Assembly: GCA_951406725.2 (NCBI GenBank)
Contig: OX597833.1
Location: 41,726,001 to 41,790,000 of the forward strand
Reading direction: 5' to 3'
DNA: 64,000 nucleotides
From: Octopus vulgaris
Lineage: Eukaryota
This document shows, piece by piece, positions 13,702-25,207 of the stretch. The position numbers and the translations under genes were made by a program. Numbering within the stretch: position 1 is the first letter of the stretch; the number at the start of each line of letters is the position of its first letter. The notes under the pieces were generated by a model, which was not told where the DNA came from, did not search any database, and saw only the letters and a list, made by a program, of their open reading frames with translations.

Positions 13702-14332
13702 AATTGGTATTTATTATCTCATTCGTGTTGCAATATTTTATTTTGATTATGATGACTTTAATATGGAGTGAATGAGAGTGGGTTTTTTTTTTTGTTTATT
13801 AAAAATTCTGATGACACTTCATTGATAACTGAATTATTGTTATTGTCAATTGTCTTTCCACTTCCTCCACCTCCACACTTAACAGTAAACAATACAGACA
13901 TTATTCATAGCATGTGTGAAACGATGGCGTTTGATTACGAAGTTTAGAGCAGTCTTTCACAACAGAATATCTTGTCCATATGCATTCCAACCTGACTGAA
14001 ACCTTGTGCTGGTTTATTGGAAATAATGTTTATTTATGAAAATGTTATTGACATAGAACTGAAGGATGACATTTTACACAAGAGTTCATTAATGAATCAC
14101 ATGAAAATTATCCTCTTCAATCTATATTCACTATTCTATAATTAGCTTCATGGATGTTAGGAACATCTATATTAGATGTACATATTTAGTAAAGATATTT
14201 AAAAATATCTTTAGTAAGAAGTTTGCTTCCCAACCACACAGTTCCAAGTTCACTCACACTGTGTGACACATTGGGCGAGTGTCTGAGCAAAGCCTTAAGA
14301 GATTTGGTAGGTGGAAAGTGAAAGAAGCCCGT

Positions 14333-14363
<31 letters not shown>

Positions 14364-14365
14364 TA

Positions 14366-14627
14366 TTACGGAGATGTACTCGCATAGCAAGTAATTTGAT
14401 CTGAGATCGTGTGGTGAAACGAAAACAATTGCAGCGTGGAAGGTGTTTATAAGCCATTTAAGAAACACACAAAAGCCGTTTGATTCACTTCAACATTTAA
14501 GTTTAATTTGTCAAAATATTTTCGTCGCTAAAATCCGCGACCTGTTCACTGACAAAAATCCGTGCTGCACATCGAACGGCTTTTGTGTGTTTCTTAAATG
14601 GCTTATAAACACCTTCCACGCTGCAAT

Positions 14628-14630
<3 letters not shown>
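14366..14630 (-). mobile_element. Fold-back Penelope pLTR-like element (family S) inserted in (TA)n, carrying a G3:C8 hammerhead variant
   Basis: 60-bp inverted repeat 14425-14484/14571-14630; hammerhead-like motif on the - strand at 14507-14556; both ends abut (TA)n. Confidence 0.7.
14507..14556 (-). ncRNA. Variant minimal type I hammerhead motif (G3:C8 core, extra G)
   Basis: Minus strand reads TTTGTCA GTGAACA G GTCGC ggatttta GCGAC GAA AATATT T TGACAAA: 7-bp stem I, 5-bp stem II, palindromic stem III. Confidence 0.6.
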
Positions 14631-14674
<44 letters not shown>

Positions 14675-14679
14675 ATTAT

Positions 14680-15012
14680 GAGGTGACCCCCTTTGGTCAT
14701 GAATGACCATGGGATTGCACCTAGAAAGTTGCCCTCCGAGGCACAAGTCCAGGCAAGGTTGTTTGTGGAAGGCCACGCCCATGCATACCAGCTTCCCCTC
14801 TCCACACCACTGATATTATCCAAGGGAAAGGCAAAGGCCAATACAGCTTGGCACCAGTGATGTCGCAACTCATTTCTGCAGCTTAGTTAACTGGAGCAAC
14901 ATGAAATAAAGTATCTTGCTCAAGAATACAACAAACAGTCCGGTCTGGGAATCGAACTCACAACCTCACAATTGTAAGGTCGACGCTCGAACCACTGAGC
15001 CATGTGCCTTCA
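14680..15012 (-). mobile_element. tRNA/CORE-type SINE family delta
   Basis: Reverse complement of GAAGGCACATGGCTCAGTGGTT...GTTCGATTCC...TTCTTGAGCAAGATACTTTATTTC; + strand copies at 18096-18420 and 40754-41086. Confidence 0.8.
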
Positions 15013-15477
15013 CACACACACATAAATAGTGTACTCCATCTGGTTAAATAATATATTTGCCTCTGTGTGTGTGTGTGTGTCTGTGTTTGTTCCTCATCAC
15101 TGCTTGACAACTAGTGTTTGTGTGTATATGTCCCTGTAGCTTAGAGGTTCAGTAAAAGAGACTGATAGAATAAGTACCTGGCTAAAAAAGAAAATAAGTA
15201 CCTAGGTTGATTAGTTTGAATAAAATCCCTCAATGTGGTGCCCTAGCATAGCTGTGGTCTAATGACTGAAATAAGATAAAAGATAGCATGTCAGAATCAG
15301 TACAGCATCTGGCAAAATGTCTTGTTTAGCATAACAACACAAAGCATTATTACATTGTAAGTTCAAATCTAATGCAGATGTACTTCTCTTTTTGTCTATC
15401 TGAGTTCAATACTTTCATAAGTGGCTGTGCAATATGAGTTCATATAATCAACTGTAGGGTAAAATCTGAAACCTCCA

Positions 15478-15928
15478 AAACATTGAAACTCCGATGTCTG
15501 GCAGCTGACTTGGCAGACACCCATAAAATTATTAACCATCTTACAAACAATAACTCTGAGCTCCTTTTCAAACTCCACCCATCTAACACCTGTGGACATA
15601 TTTACAAAATCAGAAAACAGCACAGCTCCCATGACTTTTGGAAACATTTTTTCACGCTAAGAGTTGCTGAAGCATGGAACAAACTGCCGGCATCAGTTGT
15701 TAGTTGTCGAAGCACTGCATCCCTCAAAACTTCCATGCTTCCTGAGATTCGCCAACACTATACCTTATTTTCTCCCCTCCATACACACACAAGCATGTAT
15801 CTGACTCATACACTGTTCACTTTCCAGACATTTGTACATTACTGCATATGTTTTATATGCACTTTTGACAAGTTGTGGTGCACCTGGGCACTGTATACAA
15901 TAATTTCATTATTATTATTATTATTATG
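15478..15928 (+). mobile_element. CR1-clade LINE 3' end (family 1) with (ATT)n tail
   Basis: ORF 15483: ...SNTCGHIYKIRKQ...FFTLRVAEAWNKLPASVV, matching CR1 TRGH and RVxxxWNxLP motifs. Confidence 0.85.
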
Positions 15929-16052
15929 TATTCTTGAAGGTGGTATGCCTGCATGGTTGCAATTGTAGACTCTTAAAAATATGTAATATTTCCTATGAAT
16001 ATTTTGAATTACTTCAATTGAAAATTTTCTTCAGCTATCATCACTTTTCCTT

Positions 16053-16279
16053 TTAATTCTGTAGCTTTTAAACTCGTCGTATCCAGCTCAAATAATCTAC
16101 CTGTTTTATGTTCAAATCAGCCACAGGCTTGGCCTTCCACACCTACCCGAAATGTCATTTTAAAAATAAACAATCACATGATCAAAATCTCACAGTTACA
16201 AGATAATGCATGATTAATTTAAAATTATGAATAAATAAGTATCACATTTTACAAAGTCATCTAAATGCTAAAGAGTTAA
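16053..16279 (-). mobile_element. TTAA MITE family B (degenerate)
   Basis: Reverse complement of the TTAACCCTTTAGCATTCAGATT...CTAAAGGGTTAA element. Confidence 0.7.
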
Positions 16280-17059
16280 AGAAAAATGGCCCATTTTATC
16301 TAGTTTGGTTTAAGGGGAGAGATAAGAAATTGAGCTCTAGAAATATATCAATTTTTCTTTTTAAATTTTTTCCTGTTCTTAAGAGATGCTTTGTAAATTA
16401 ATAGAAAAAGTATTTTTCTAGAAATATTCATACAACCAAGTATTTTAGCCTAGGACATGTGGCAAAAGCATCCACAAAGAGTTTCAGAATCTTCCTTTAG
16501 TGTTTTGTAAAGTGTTGCTGAGAGAGAGAATATAAGTGAAAGATATTGATGTTGAAATCACAGCAGAAGAGAAGAAAGGAAAATTTAACAGATGTCTAAT
16601 GTTATCAGTAAGCCTGCTGTTATATTTTATCAACACTACTGGGCCATTATCAGTTAATTTAGTATACTGGTACATGTCCTTGCAAACACCACATTCCTTT
16701 TACTCACCATTTTTTTTTTCTGTTTTAAAACCTGTTTATTGGTTAGAATTATATTTAACTTGGTTACACGGGATATTATAGTACTAGCAACATTAGTTAC
16801 AATGGGTTATCATAGTTCTAGTAACATCTGTAACATTTAATTATTCTGTAAATGATAAATGTGAAGTGGTTTGGTGATATTTAATAATTCCGTTTATGGT
16901 ATTAGTTTCTCCTCAGAAAGATAAGACTATGAAGGTCTAGAAATGTTTATGATGAATAAGGATCACTTCAAAATTTGGAAGAAGCCTTAATAAAAATAAT
17001 ACTACAACACAGTGGTTTTAACACAACCTGTTTAAGATAAAGCTGTTCCCATTTGTGGA

Positions 17060-17460
17060 GTGATTCTGTGGAAGGGGTAGTCCTAGAAAGACATGGGATG
17101 AAGTGATGAAAAAGGATCTTCAGACACTGGGTCTCACTGACAAAATGACAAGGGACTGGGAGTTGTTGCAATTTGCTGTACTTGAAAACATGTGTCATGC
17201 TAAGTAAAATCGCTGCCTTCCATACATATAGGCTTGTCCTTTGCAGGTGCTGGTACTGTGTAAATGCACCCATGCTAGTGGCATGTAAAAAGCACCCGGC
17301 ACACTATGTAAAGTGGTTGGTATTAAGAAGAGCATCCAGCCGTAGAAACTATGCCACAACAGACAACTGGAGCTTGGACAGCTCCCTGGCTGGGCAACTG
17401 CATGTCAAACTGTCCTACCCATACCAGCATGGAAACCAGGCGTTAAATGATGATGATGAT
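17060..17460 (+). mobile_element. Older RTE LINE 3' end
   Basis: CGRGSPRKTWDEVMKKDLQTLGLT is homologous to the end of the 39410-40165 ORF; it is followed by the shared UTR and (GAT)n. Confidence 0.8.
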
Positions 17461-17464
17461 ATTT

Positions 17465-17640
17465 ATTATATAAAATCCGTTCTGTCTGTCTGTGTGTGTC
17501 TTCTAGGATCTCGGGCATCCTCCATCCAGTTGCACTCAAATTTGATATGTAGATACTGACGGTGTCAGGGCATGTATAAGTATTGAAAAAATTACAAAAA
17601 TCGATTCCAGGAGAGAATGCGATCGATAAAGCCATGAAAT
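17465..17640 (+). mobile_element. Probable non-autonomous Helitron 5' portion
   Basis: TATATAAAATC...CTGTCTGTCTGTGTGTG...CTCAAATTTGATATG, resembling the 5' arrangement of the 32455-32845 element. Confidence 0.4.
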
Positions 17641-18095
17641 AGAAAAAGAAGTCTATCTTTATTTCTTCATTTGCTGGTGTCTCAAGTTTAGGTTAAATCA
17701 GTGTTTCTCAAAGGGGAGGCCTATGGGACGGTCGGACAAGTTGTTTTGAGATAATTTGGTTTAAATGTTTGACAACTCAGCACTGTCCATTGGACAGGGG
17801 GCATTTTGCTCGTATTTATATCTATATATATATATATATAAAATAAAATGATATGCTAGTGAGATGTGGGTTACTACAAAAAGGCAAAAGAAACATTGTC
17901 TATGATGCAAAAGGCTATGGTAAGATCCATGTTAGGAATATCTTTGCCAGAGCATATCTGAAAGAAGGTAATTTGAGAAAGGAGTGGTGTAAATGGCATG
18001 ATTGCAGAATACCAAAATCACAAGTTTTGCACTGGGTTGGACATGTCACAAAGTTCACAGACAAGTGGTATCTATATATATGTGTGTGTGTGTGT

Positions 18096-18420
18096 GAAGG
18101 CGCATGCCTCAGTGGTTAGATTGTGAGGTTGTGAGCTCGAATCCCAGACCGGGCTGCGTGTTGTGTTCTTGAGCAAGACACTTTATTTCACATTGCTCCA
18201 GTTCACTCAGCTGTAGAAATGAGTTGCGACGTTACAGGTGCCAAGCTGTATCGGCTGTTGCCTTTCCCTCAGATAACACTGGTGGCATGGAGAGGAGAGG
18301 CTGGTATGCATGGGCGACTGCTGGTCTTCCATAAACAACCTTGCCTGGACTTGTGCCTGGGAGGGTAACTTTCTAGGTGCAATCCCATGGTCAGTGTCGT
18401 GACCGAAGGGGGTCTCAGAT
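18096..18420 (+). mobile_element. tRNA/CORE-type SINE family delta
   Basis: GAAGGCGCATGCCTCAGTGGTTAG...CGAATCCC...GTGTTCTTGAGCAAGACACTTT; inserted in (TG)n. Confidence 0.85.
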
Positions 18421-18859
18421 GTGTGTGTGTGTGTGTGTGGGGGGGGTATTTATAAAATTCAAAAATTGAGACAAAAGATACTTTAATACATCTTTAACGA
18501 TCAGTTACAATTGTTTCTGTACCTGCTTTCAGTGGCAGTTTACGTAAAAGTTAGAAGTGAATATTTATGTAATATTAGTGACACTTCATCACACTTACAT
18601 CAAAGTTGTGTTTTTACATTGTGTGTCTTCCAGACTTTGTTTTTTGTTTATATCAGGAGGAAACAAAAAGTAAATAAAAGTATGGTAAGGGGATGAATAA
18701 TTAGCATAAATAACATAAGAGAAGAAGAAAATGAAGATATGTTTTATATTTGATTTCTCTGTCAGTTTAGTTCAAATGTACTCACTTGTTTACTTTTCAT
18801 TAGATTGCCCTCATAAGTCCTTCACATTTACTCTGTTATTCTGTATCCAAAAGAGCTGC

Positions 18860-19153
18860 TTTTTGTCAACCACCTCACCAATAACAACACTGAACACCTT
18901 TTTGATCTCCATGTGTCTAACACACGTGGACATGCCTACAAAGTCAGAAAACAACACAGCTCCCATGACTTTCGGAAACATTTCTTCACGCTCAGAGTTG
19001 CTGAAGCATGGAATAAACTGCCTGCATCAGTTGTTGACTGCCATGACACTGCATCCTTTAAGGCCCTCATGCTTTCCGAAATCCGCCGAAACTACACCTG
19101 ATTATATATGCACTTTAGATGAGTTGTAGTGCACCTGAGCACTGTATACAATG

Positions 19154-19185
<32 letters not shown>
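18860..19185 (+). mobile_element. CR1 LINE 3' end (family 1)
   Basis: ORF 18913: SNTRGHAYKVRKQHSSHDFRKHFFTLRVAEAWNKLPASVV; (ATT)n tail. Confidence 0.85.
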
Positions 19186-19190
<5 letters not shown>

Positions 19191-19552
19191 GATAGGGCTG
19201 ACACTCTGAAGGTCTGATAAGGAACCTATGTGGAATGTTCTGTAAGGAACTGAGTAACTGAATCAATTCTCATTTTAGCAATATTCAGGTTATGAGAAAT
19301 TTGAGTTCCTGTCAGGGTTCTCTTATATGGAACTATTTACTTTTTATAACATATGTCTATAATATATATAGTCTTGATATAGAATAGAAATAAAGGGGTT
19401 TACCTATTTTTAAGTTGGAATCAAACTTCAAGGTTCTTGTCAGTTTCAACTGCTACTTTGAAGCCCAAAAGAAATGGTTTGTTATATAGGAAATGTATTT
19501 CTTATTTACTCAAGATGAGCTAATATGCATATATATATATATATATATATAT

Positions 19553-19934
19553 AGTGGCTGTGTGGTAAGTAGCTTGCTTACGAACCACATGGTTCCGGGT
19601 TCAGTTCCACTGCGTAGCACCTTGGGCAAGTGTTTTCTGCTATAGCCTTGGGCTGACCAAAGCCTTGTGAGTGGATTTGGTAGATGGAAACCGAAAGAAG
19701 CCCGTCGTATATATGTATATGTGTGTATATGTTTCTGTGTCTGTGTTTGTTCCCCCAACATTGCTTGACAACCGGTGCTGGTGTGTTTACGTCCCCGTAA
19801 TGTAGCGGTTCGGCAAAAGAGACCGATAGAATAAGTACTAGGCTTACAAAGAATAAGTTCTGGGGTCGATTTGCTTGACTAAAGGTGTTACTCCAGCATG
19901 GCCACAGTCAAATGACTGAAACAAGTAAAAGAGT
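19553..19934 (+). mobile_element. SINE family alpha
   Basis: Close copy of 7563-8000. Confidence 0.85.
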
Positions 19935-20134
19935 ATATGTATATATAGTGGTGTTAGGCAACTAAACTAGGACTCTGTCAGTTATGATGGCAAGATTTCC
20001 AGTTGATCTAATCAACAGAACAGCTTGGTCAGGAAATTAATGTGCAAGTGGCTGAGCACTCCACTGACATGTGTACCCTTAATGTAGTTCTCAGGGAGAT
20101 TCAGCATGACACAGAATGTGACAAGGCTGGCCCT

Positions 20135-20361
20135 TTAACCCTTTAGTGTTCAGATTATCCTATCAAACATAATGCTTATTGATTCCCATTGATTTGAATT
20201 AATCATGCATTATCTCATATCTTCAAGATGTTGATGGTGTAATTACTTAATGTAGAATAACATTGTAGGGTAGGTGTGAGAGCCTGGATCTCACACCTGG
20301 ATCTCAGTTTGAATATAAAACAGATTAGCTATTTTGGCCGGTTTAAATACTAAAGGGTTAA
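20135..20361 (+). mobile_element. TTAA MITE family B, nested in a minus-strand CORE-type SINE (about 19955-20510)
   Basis: TTAA-CCCTTTAG...CTAAAGGG-TTAA; the host SINE resumes on both sides (ggccct|attacaggtac). Confidence 0.85.
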
Positions 20362-21203
20362 ATTACAGGTACTACTCATTGTTGCCAGCTGAGTGGACTG
20401 GAGCAATGTGAAATAAAGTGTGTTGCTCAAGGATACAATGCATCACTGGGAATTGAACTCCTAACTTTTACAATCATGAACCAAATACCCTAACCACTAA
20501 GCCACATGTCTTAACAGTTTGACAACTATTAAGAAATTAAATAAATAAATACAGCATGGACTTTTAAAATGGCACTCTGGGCAAATGCCTTTTGTTGTAG
20601 CCTTGAGTTCATCAATATTTTGTTAGTGGAATTTAGTAGATGGAAAAATGTACATAAACCAGTCATATCTTTTCTCTTTTACTTGTTTCGGTCATTGGAC
20701 TACAACCATGACATGAAGAGTTTTAATTGAATCACTTGGCTCCAGTACTTTTTGTTTTTTAAAGCCTTGTATATATTCTGTCAGCCCAAGGTGTTGCACT
20801 GTAGGACTGAATCCCAAACCGCATGCCCGAAAAGTGAGCTTTGTGTATATGTTTACAACAGTTTGAAAGAAAAAAGTGGTGTTGTGTTGTTTGTGTTACA
20901 TACCATGACTTAACATTTCAACAAATGGGATGTGATAAAATAAGTACCAAATAGAAAAGAGGACTGGAGTTAATATGATTGACAAAAACCAGTAACATTT
21001 CTTCATCACTTTGTCTACTCTTCATTAAGTCTTTGCCTCTTTGTTAGGTTTCTTTATTGTGTGATAACAGTTCCTTCAGGGGCTGATTTTGCTTATCATC
21101 GTTACTGGATTGATAAGAACCAGTTACATAACAATAGCAATTCATTGAACTCAAGTCTTCTCTTTAGTAGACCACAAGATACAAATGACTTGCAGTATTT
21201 AGT

Positions 21204-21922
21204 TTAACCCTTTCGTTACTGTATTTATTTTGAGATGCTCTGTGTTTCTTTCAATTACTGTAAATATAACAAAGAATTTAGTAAAATAACTTAGTTATCA
21301 TTCAGCCAGTGTTAGGAACATAAATTGTGACTAAGGTTTGGTGGAATATTTTAATTCAGAACATTTGAAAACAAGATATTTGTACTACAGAGCCAGAGGC
21401 GGTTTCAGTCAGGTTGGTATCAAAAGGGTTAACAATTATTTGTTTTAGTAATAGGTGTGGCTGTGTGGTAAGAAATTTGCTTCCTAACCACATGGTTCTT
21501 GGTTTAGTCCTACTGTGTGGCACCTTGGGGAGGTGTCTTCTACTGTAGCCTCGGGCTAATCAAAGCCTTGTGAGTAGATTGGTAGGCAGAAACTAAAAGA
21601 AGCCCATTGTATATGTGTGTGTGTGTGTGTGTGTTTGTCTCCCACCACAACTTGATAATTGGTGTTGGTGTGTTTACATCCCTGTAACTTAGTGGTTTGG
21701 CAAAAGAGACTGATAAGTACCAGGCTTTACAAAAAGTAATAAATACTGGGGTCGATAAATTCCATTAAAATTCTTGGTGTCCCAGCATGGCTGTAGTCTA
21801 ATGACTGAAACAAATTGTGACTAAAGTTTGGTGGAAGATTTTAATTCAAAACTTATGAAAACAAGACCTTTGTACTACAGAGCCAGAGCTGGTTTCAGCT
21901 GGGTTGGTAACGAAAGGGTTAA
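21204..21922 (+). mobile_element. MITE family A containing a ~500-bp insertion copied from 45226-45710
   Basis: Outer TIRs CCCTTTCGTTAC/GTAACGAAAGGG with TTAA TSDs; the interior holds an extra MITE 3' half, a spacer and a SINE alpha. Confidence 0.8.
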
Positions 21923-22860
21923 GGCAGCAAGCTGGCAGAACTGTTAGCACACCAGTCAAAATGCTCAGTGGCATTTCTTCTGGCTTTATGATCTGAGTTC
22001 AAATTTTGTTGACATTGACTTTACTCTTCACTTTTACTGGGTTTGATAAAAATAAGCACCATTCAAGCACTGGGGTTGATATAATTGACTAGCTTTCTCC
22101 CCACAAATTTCAGGTCTTGTGCCTATAGAACAGAAGTATTTAATTGCTTCTCTCTTTTGTTCTCATTTCAATTCCTGCTGAGTTCAGCTTTTCCTTTTAT
22201 AGTTCTGGATCCAAGAAAATGTCAGTTAAATCGAAAGTACCCTTCCCATACTCAAAACTTCCATTTGTGTGTCTTTAACATCATTACAACATTTTAGATT
22301 CTGAATTCAAGCCATGCCAATATACAATTTATTTTTCAATCTTCTGCTATTGAAACAATACACATTCAGTTATGTACTGGAGCTGGTTCTGTTCTTCCAA
22401 CATTTTTCATCTTGTGCACATTGTAAGCATTTGGCACAAGGCCAGCAATTTTAGGGGAGGGGTAAGTTGATTACATCAACCCCAGTTTTCAATAAGTACT
22501 TATTTTGTTGAGCTCAAAGGGATGCAAGGCAAAGTTGACCTCGGCAGAATTTGTGCTGAAAATGTTAAGATGGATGAAACGCTGCTAAAGCACTTTGCCC
22601 AGCGTGTTAATGATTCTGCTAGATTGCTGCCTGAAGGAGACCTAGTATTGAATGAAATCTGCATGAATAATCTCATTATTCCTTATGTTTTGGAGGTGAG
22701 GTAGGAAGAATAGAAGGTTATTTTTGTAGAGCTGATGGTAAAGGGGAGAACTGTACTCTGAATATACAGCTCCTGGTAGCAAGAGCACAAACCCCTAATA
22801 ACCACACACACACATGCGCATGCGGAAGTACACATACAAACTATATATTGTTCATCATTA

Positions 22861-22982
22861 TTTGTCATAATGAGGCATTTATCAGCTGAGTGTTTCATGA
22901 CTAATTTTGTTGGTTTGGGACTTTGTCATAATGAGGCATTTATCAACTGAGTGTTTTATGACTAATTTTGTTGGTTTGGGAC
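22861..22982 (+). repeat. 61-bp tandem duplication
   Basis: TTTGTCATAATGAGGCATTTATCA...TTGGTTTGGGAC twice, 2 mismatches. Confidence 0.9.
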
Positions 22983-23386
22983 TATGTCCAGGATTTTTGT
23001 GAACTAATTCAACAGAAATTGTCAATGTTGAATATGCCATATAAAGAAAATTTGGATATGTTTACTAGAAGTTACAGTTCTGGACATCATGATAGATCAA
23101 AACTTGTTTATCTTTGGCTGATGTTGAATAAGACATGTTCTTATTCTGGCACACCATAAATAGTAGTTGGCCATGGGTTGAACAAAGGCGAAAAAAAGTA
23201 AGCAGTTATTGATCATTTATATATTCAAGATATACTCTTCTATTTATTTCATTCACCCAGACATTGGTCATAGTCCCAACTCATTCAATTAGTCATGGAG
23301 CACTGTCAGTGAGAAAATAACTGATTTAAATGAATTAAGATCTACTAGGTTGTGTGTGTGTGTGTTTGTGTGTATACATATATATA

Positions 23387-24160
23387 CAGGGTGTGTAAGG
23401 TATTTGAGGACATACCTTTTTTGGGTCATTGCTGCTTTTTTTGCTAACTCTGTATGATGTTTGTTTCAGAAAATAATAATAGCAGACCCTCAGCTTACTC
23501 AAGAAACTAAGAGACATGCTGTTATTGAGGTTATAAAGGCTGAGTATAGTGATTTAGAAATATCTTGATTTTTAAAAGTTGCCAGATCTTTCATCTACAA
23601 AGTTTGTAAAGAGCTAGAGACTGAAGATGGAAATGTATCACCAGTATCAAAGTTTAATAAGTATTGTAAATTCTCTGAAATCATCAGAACACCTGAATTT
23701 ATCCAGCAAGTTCAACAGACCATTGATTACAATCCCAGAAAGTTCATGAGGTTAATTGCAAAAGATCTCCATGTATGAGAAGGAACAGTCAGAAATGTTG
23801 TCCATGAAGACATCAGATATAAGTTTTATATGACGAGGAAAGGTCAGTTTGTCTGAAAAAGCAAAAGAAAAAATCACTACATCAGATCTAAAAAGCTGTT
23901 AAACAAACTGAAAAATCCATCAGAAGATTTGATTTGGTTTCTCTCAAACCAGAAAAAACTTTGACTAAGATCCAAAAGTTAACAGAAGAAATGACAGATG
24001 GTTATATGTAGACCCTTCTGAAGTTCCAAGTGTTTTTGCATACAAAATTTTCTGTAACTGTCTTGGTTTTAAGGTTGTCAGCAATGAAGGTCATGTGATG
24101 CCTCTTTACTTCTTTTCACTAGGCCTTAGAATTAACTCTGCCACCTACATTGAGGTCCTT
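23387..24160 (+). mobile_element. Decayed Tc1/mariner-superfamily (maT/DD37D-like) transposon, 3'-truncated
   Basis: TA|CAGGGTG start. Translation with stops and frameshifts: KRHAVIEVIKAEYSDLEIS*FLKVARSFIYKV...RTPEFIQQVQQTIDYNPRKFMRLIAKDLHV*EGTVRNVVHEDIRY, then KVNRRNDRWL and VVSNEGHVMP...GLRINSATYIEVL. Confidence 0.8.
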
Positions 24161-24387
24161 ATATATTTACGAAGGGGAGACAAATACCCCCAACAGCTAG
24201 GCCTCTCCCCTTTGTAAATATATAAGGACACAGGAAATGTGTCGAAGCCGACAGGAAGCGTCGATGCTTCCTAGGGCTTAACACCGGTGGTGTAATCCCC
24301 TACTGTCACGTTAAATTGACAGTATACAACCACTCTATTGCCCCACCACCGTACATATCTCTATGAGATATTTAGAAATTTAATATT

Positions 24388-24392
<5 letters not shown>
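24155..24392 (+). mobile_element. Family P pLTR-like copy with inverted 5' segment
   Basis: 26-bp inverted arms 24155-24180/24204-24229; body shared with the 9515-9762 and 43844-44082 copies; ends in (TA)n. Confidence 0.65.
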
Positions 24393-24425
<33 letters not shown>

Positions 24426-25110
24426 AGAAAAAGGAAATTGGCAAGTTAATAATTGTTTACTATTAACAGCAAATTAATCATCTTCACTTACATCTAATTG
24501 TTTCAATTAATACTTAGTAAATATTAAATTTATATTTATTTGACCTGAACATAATATCTTCAGAGGGAAAGAAAATATATATATATATATACACCCTTGG
24601 ATGTTTTATATGTGTTTATGGATTCATTATAGCAGATTGAATGATGCGGTTTATGATTTGTATTGTTATGTGTTCAGGTGAGGGGTTTGCAGGTTGAAAC
24701 CATCCCACCACTTGTGTGTGTGTGTGTGTATATGTGTATATATACACACACACACACCACATGCTTCTGGGTTCAAGTTCCACTACTGTGGCACTTTGGG
24801 AACGTGTCTTCTTCTAAAGTCTGGTGAGTGAATTTGGTATATGGAAACTGAAAGAAGCCTGCTGTGTGTGTATTTCCTTGTTTTGACATTTTGTGATATT
24901 TGTAATTTTTGGCCAAAGGGAAATATTACCTTACTTGGAAACAGGTGAAAGGTGGTGACATGAAGGCATTTTGAAAATCTGCCTCAAATAATAATAAAAA
25001 AAACTCCAATTGACCTATGCAAGCATGGAAAAGTGGATTTTAAATGATGGTGTGTGTGTGTGTATGTATGTATGTATGCATGTATGTATATTTTTGTGTG
25101 TGTACATCTC

Positions 25111-25207
<97 letters not shown>

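Noticed and set aside
17880-18065. WVGHVTKFTDKW fragment
   Set aside because: Probably a very old RTE remnant, but too short and decayed to delimit.
24495-24570. Minus-strand CTGAAGA ... GAAACAATT with a long AT-rich spacer between (TA)n tracts
   Set aside because: Could be a decayed long-stem-II hammerhead, but stems I and III cannot be paired convincingly.
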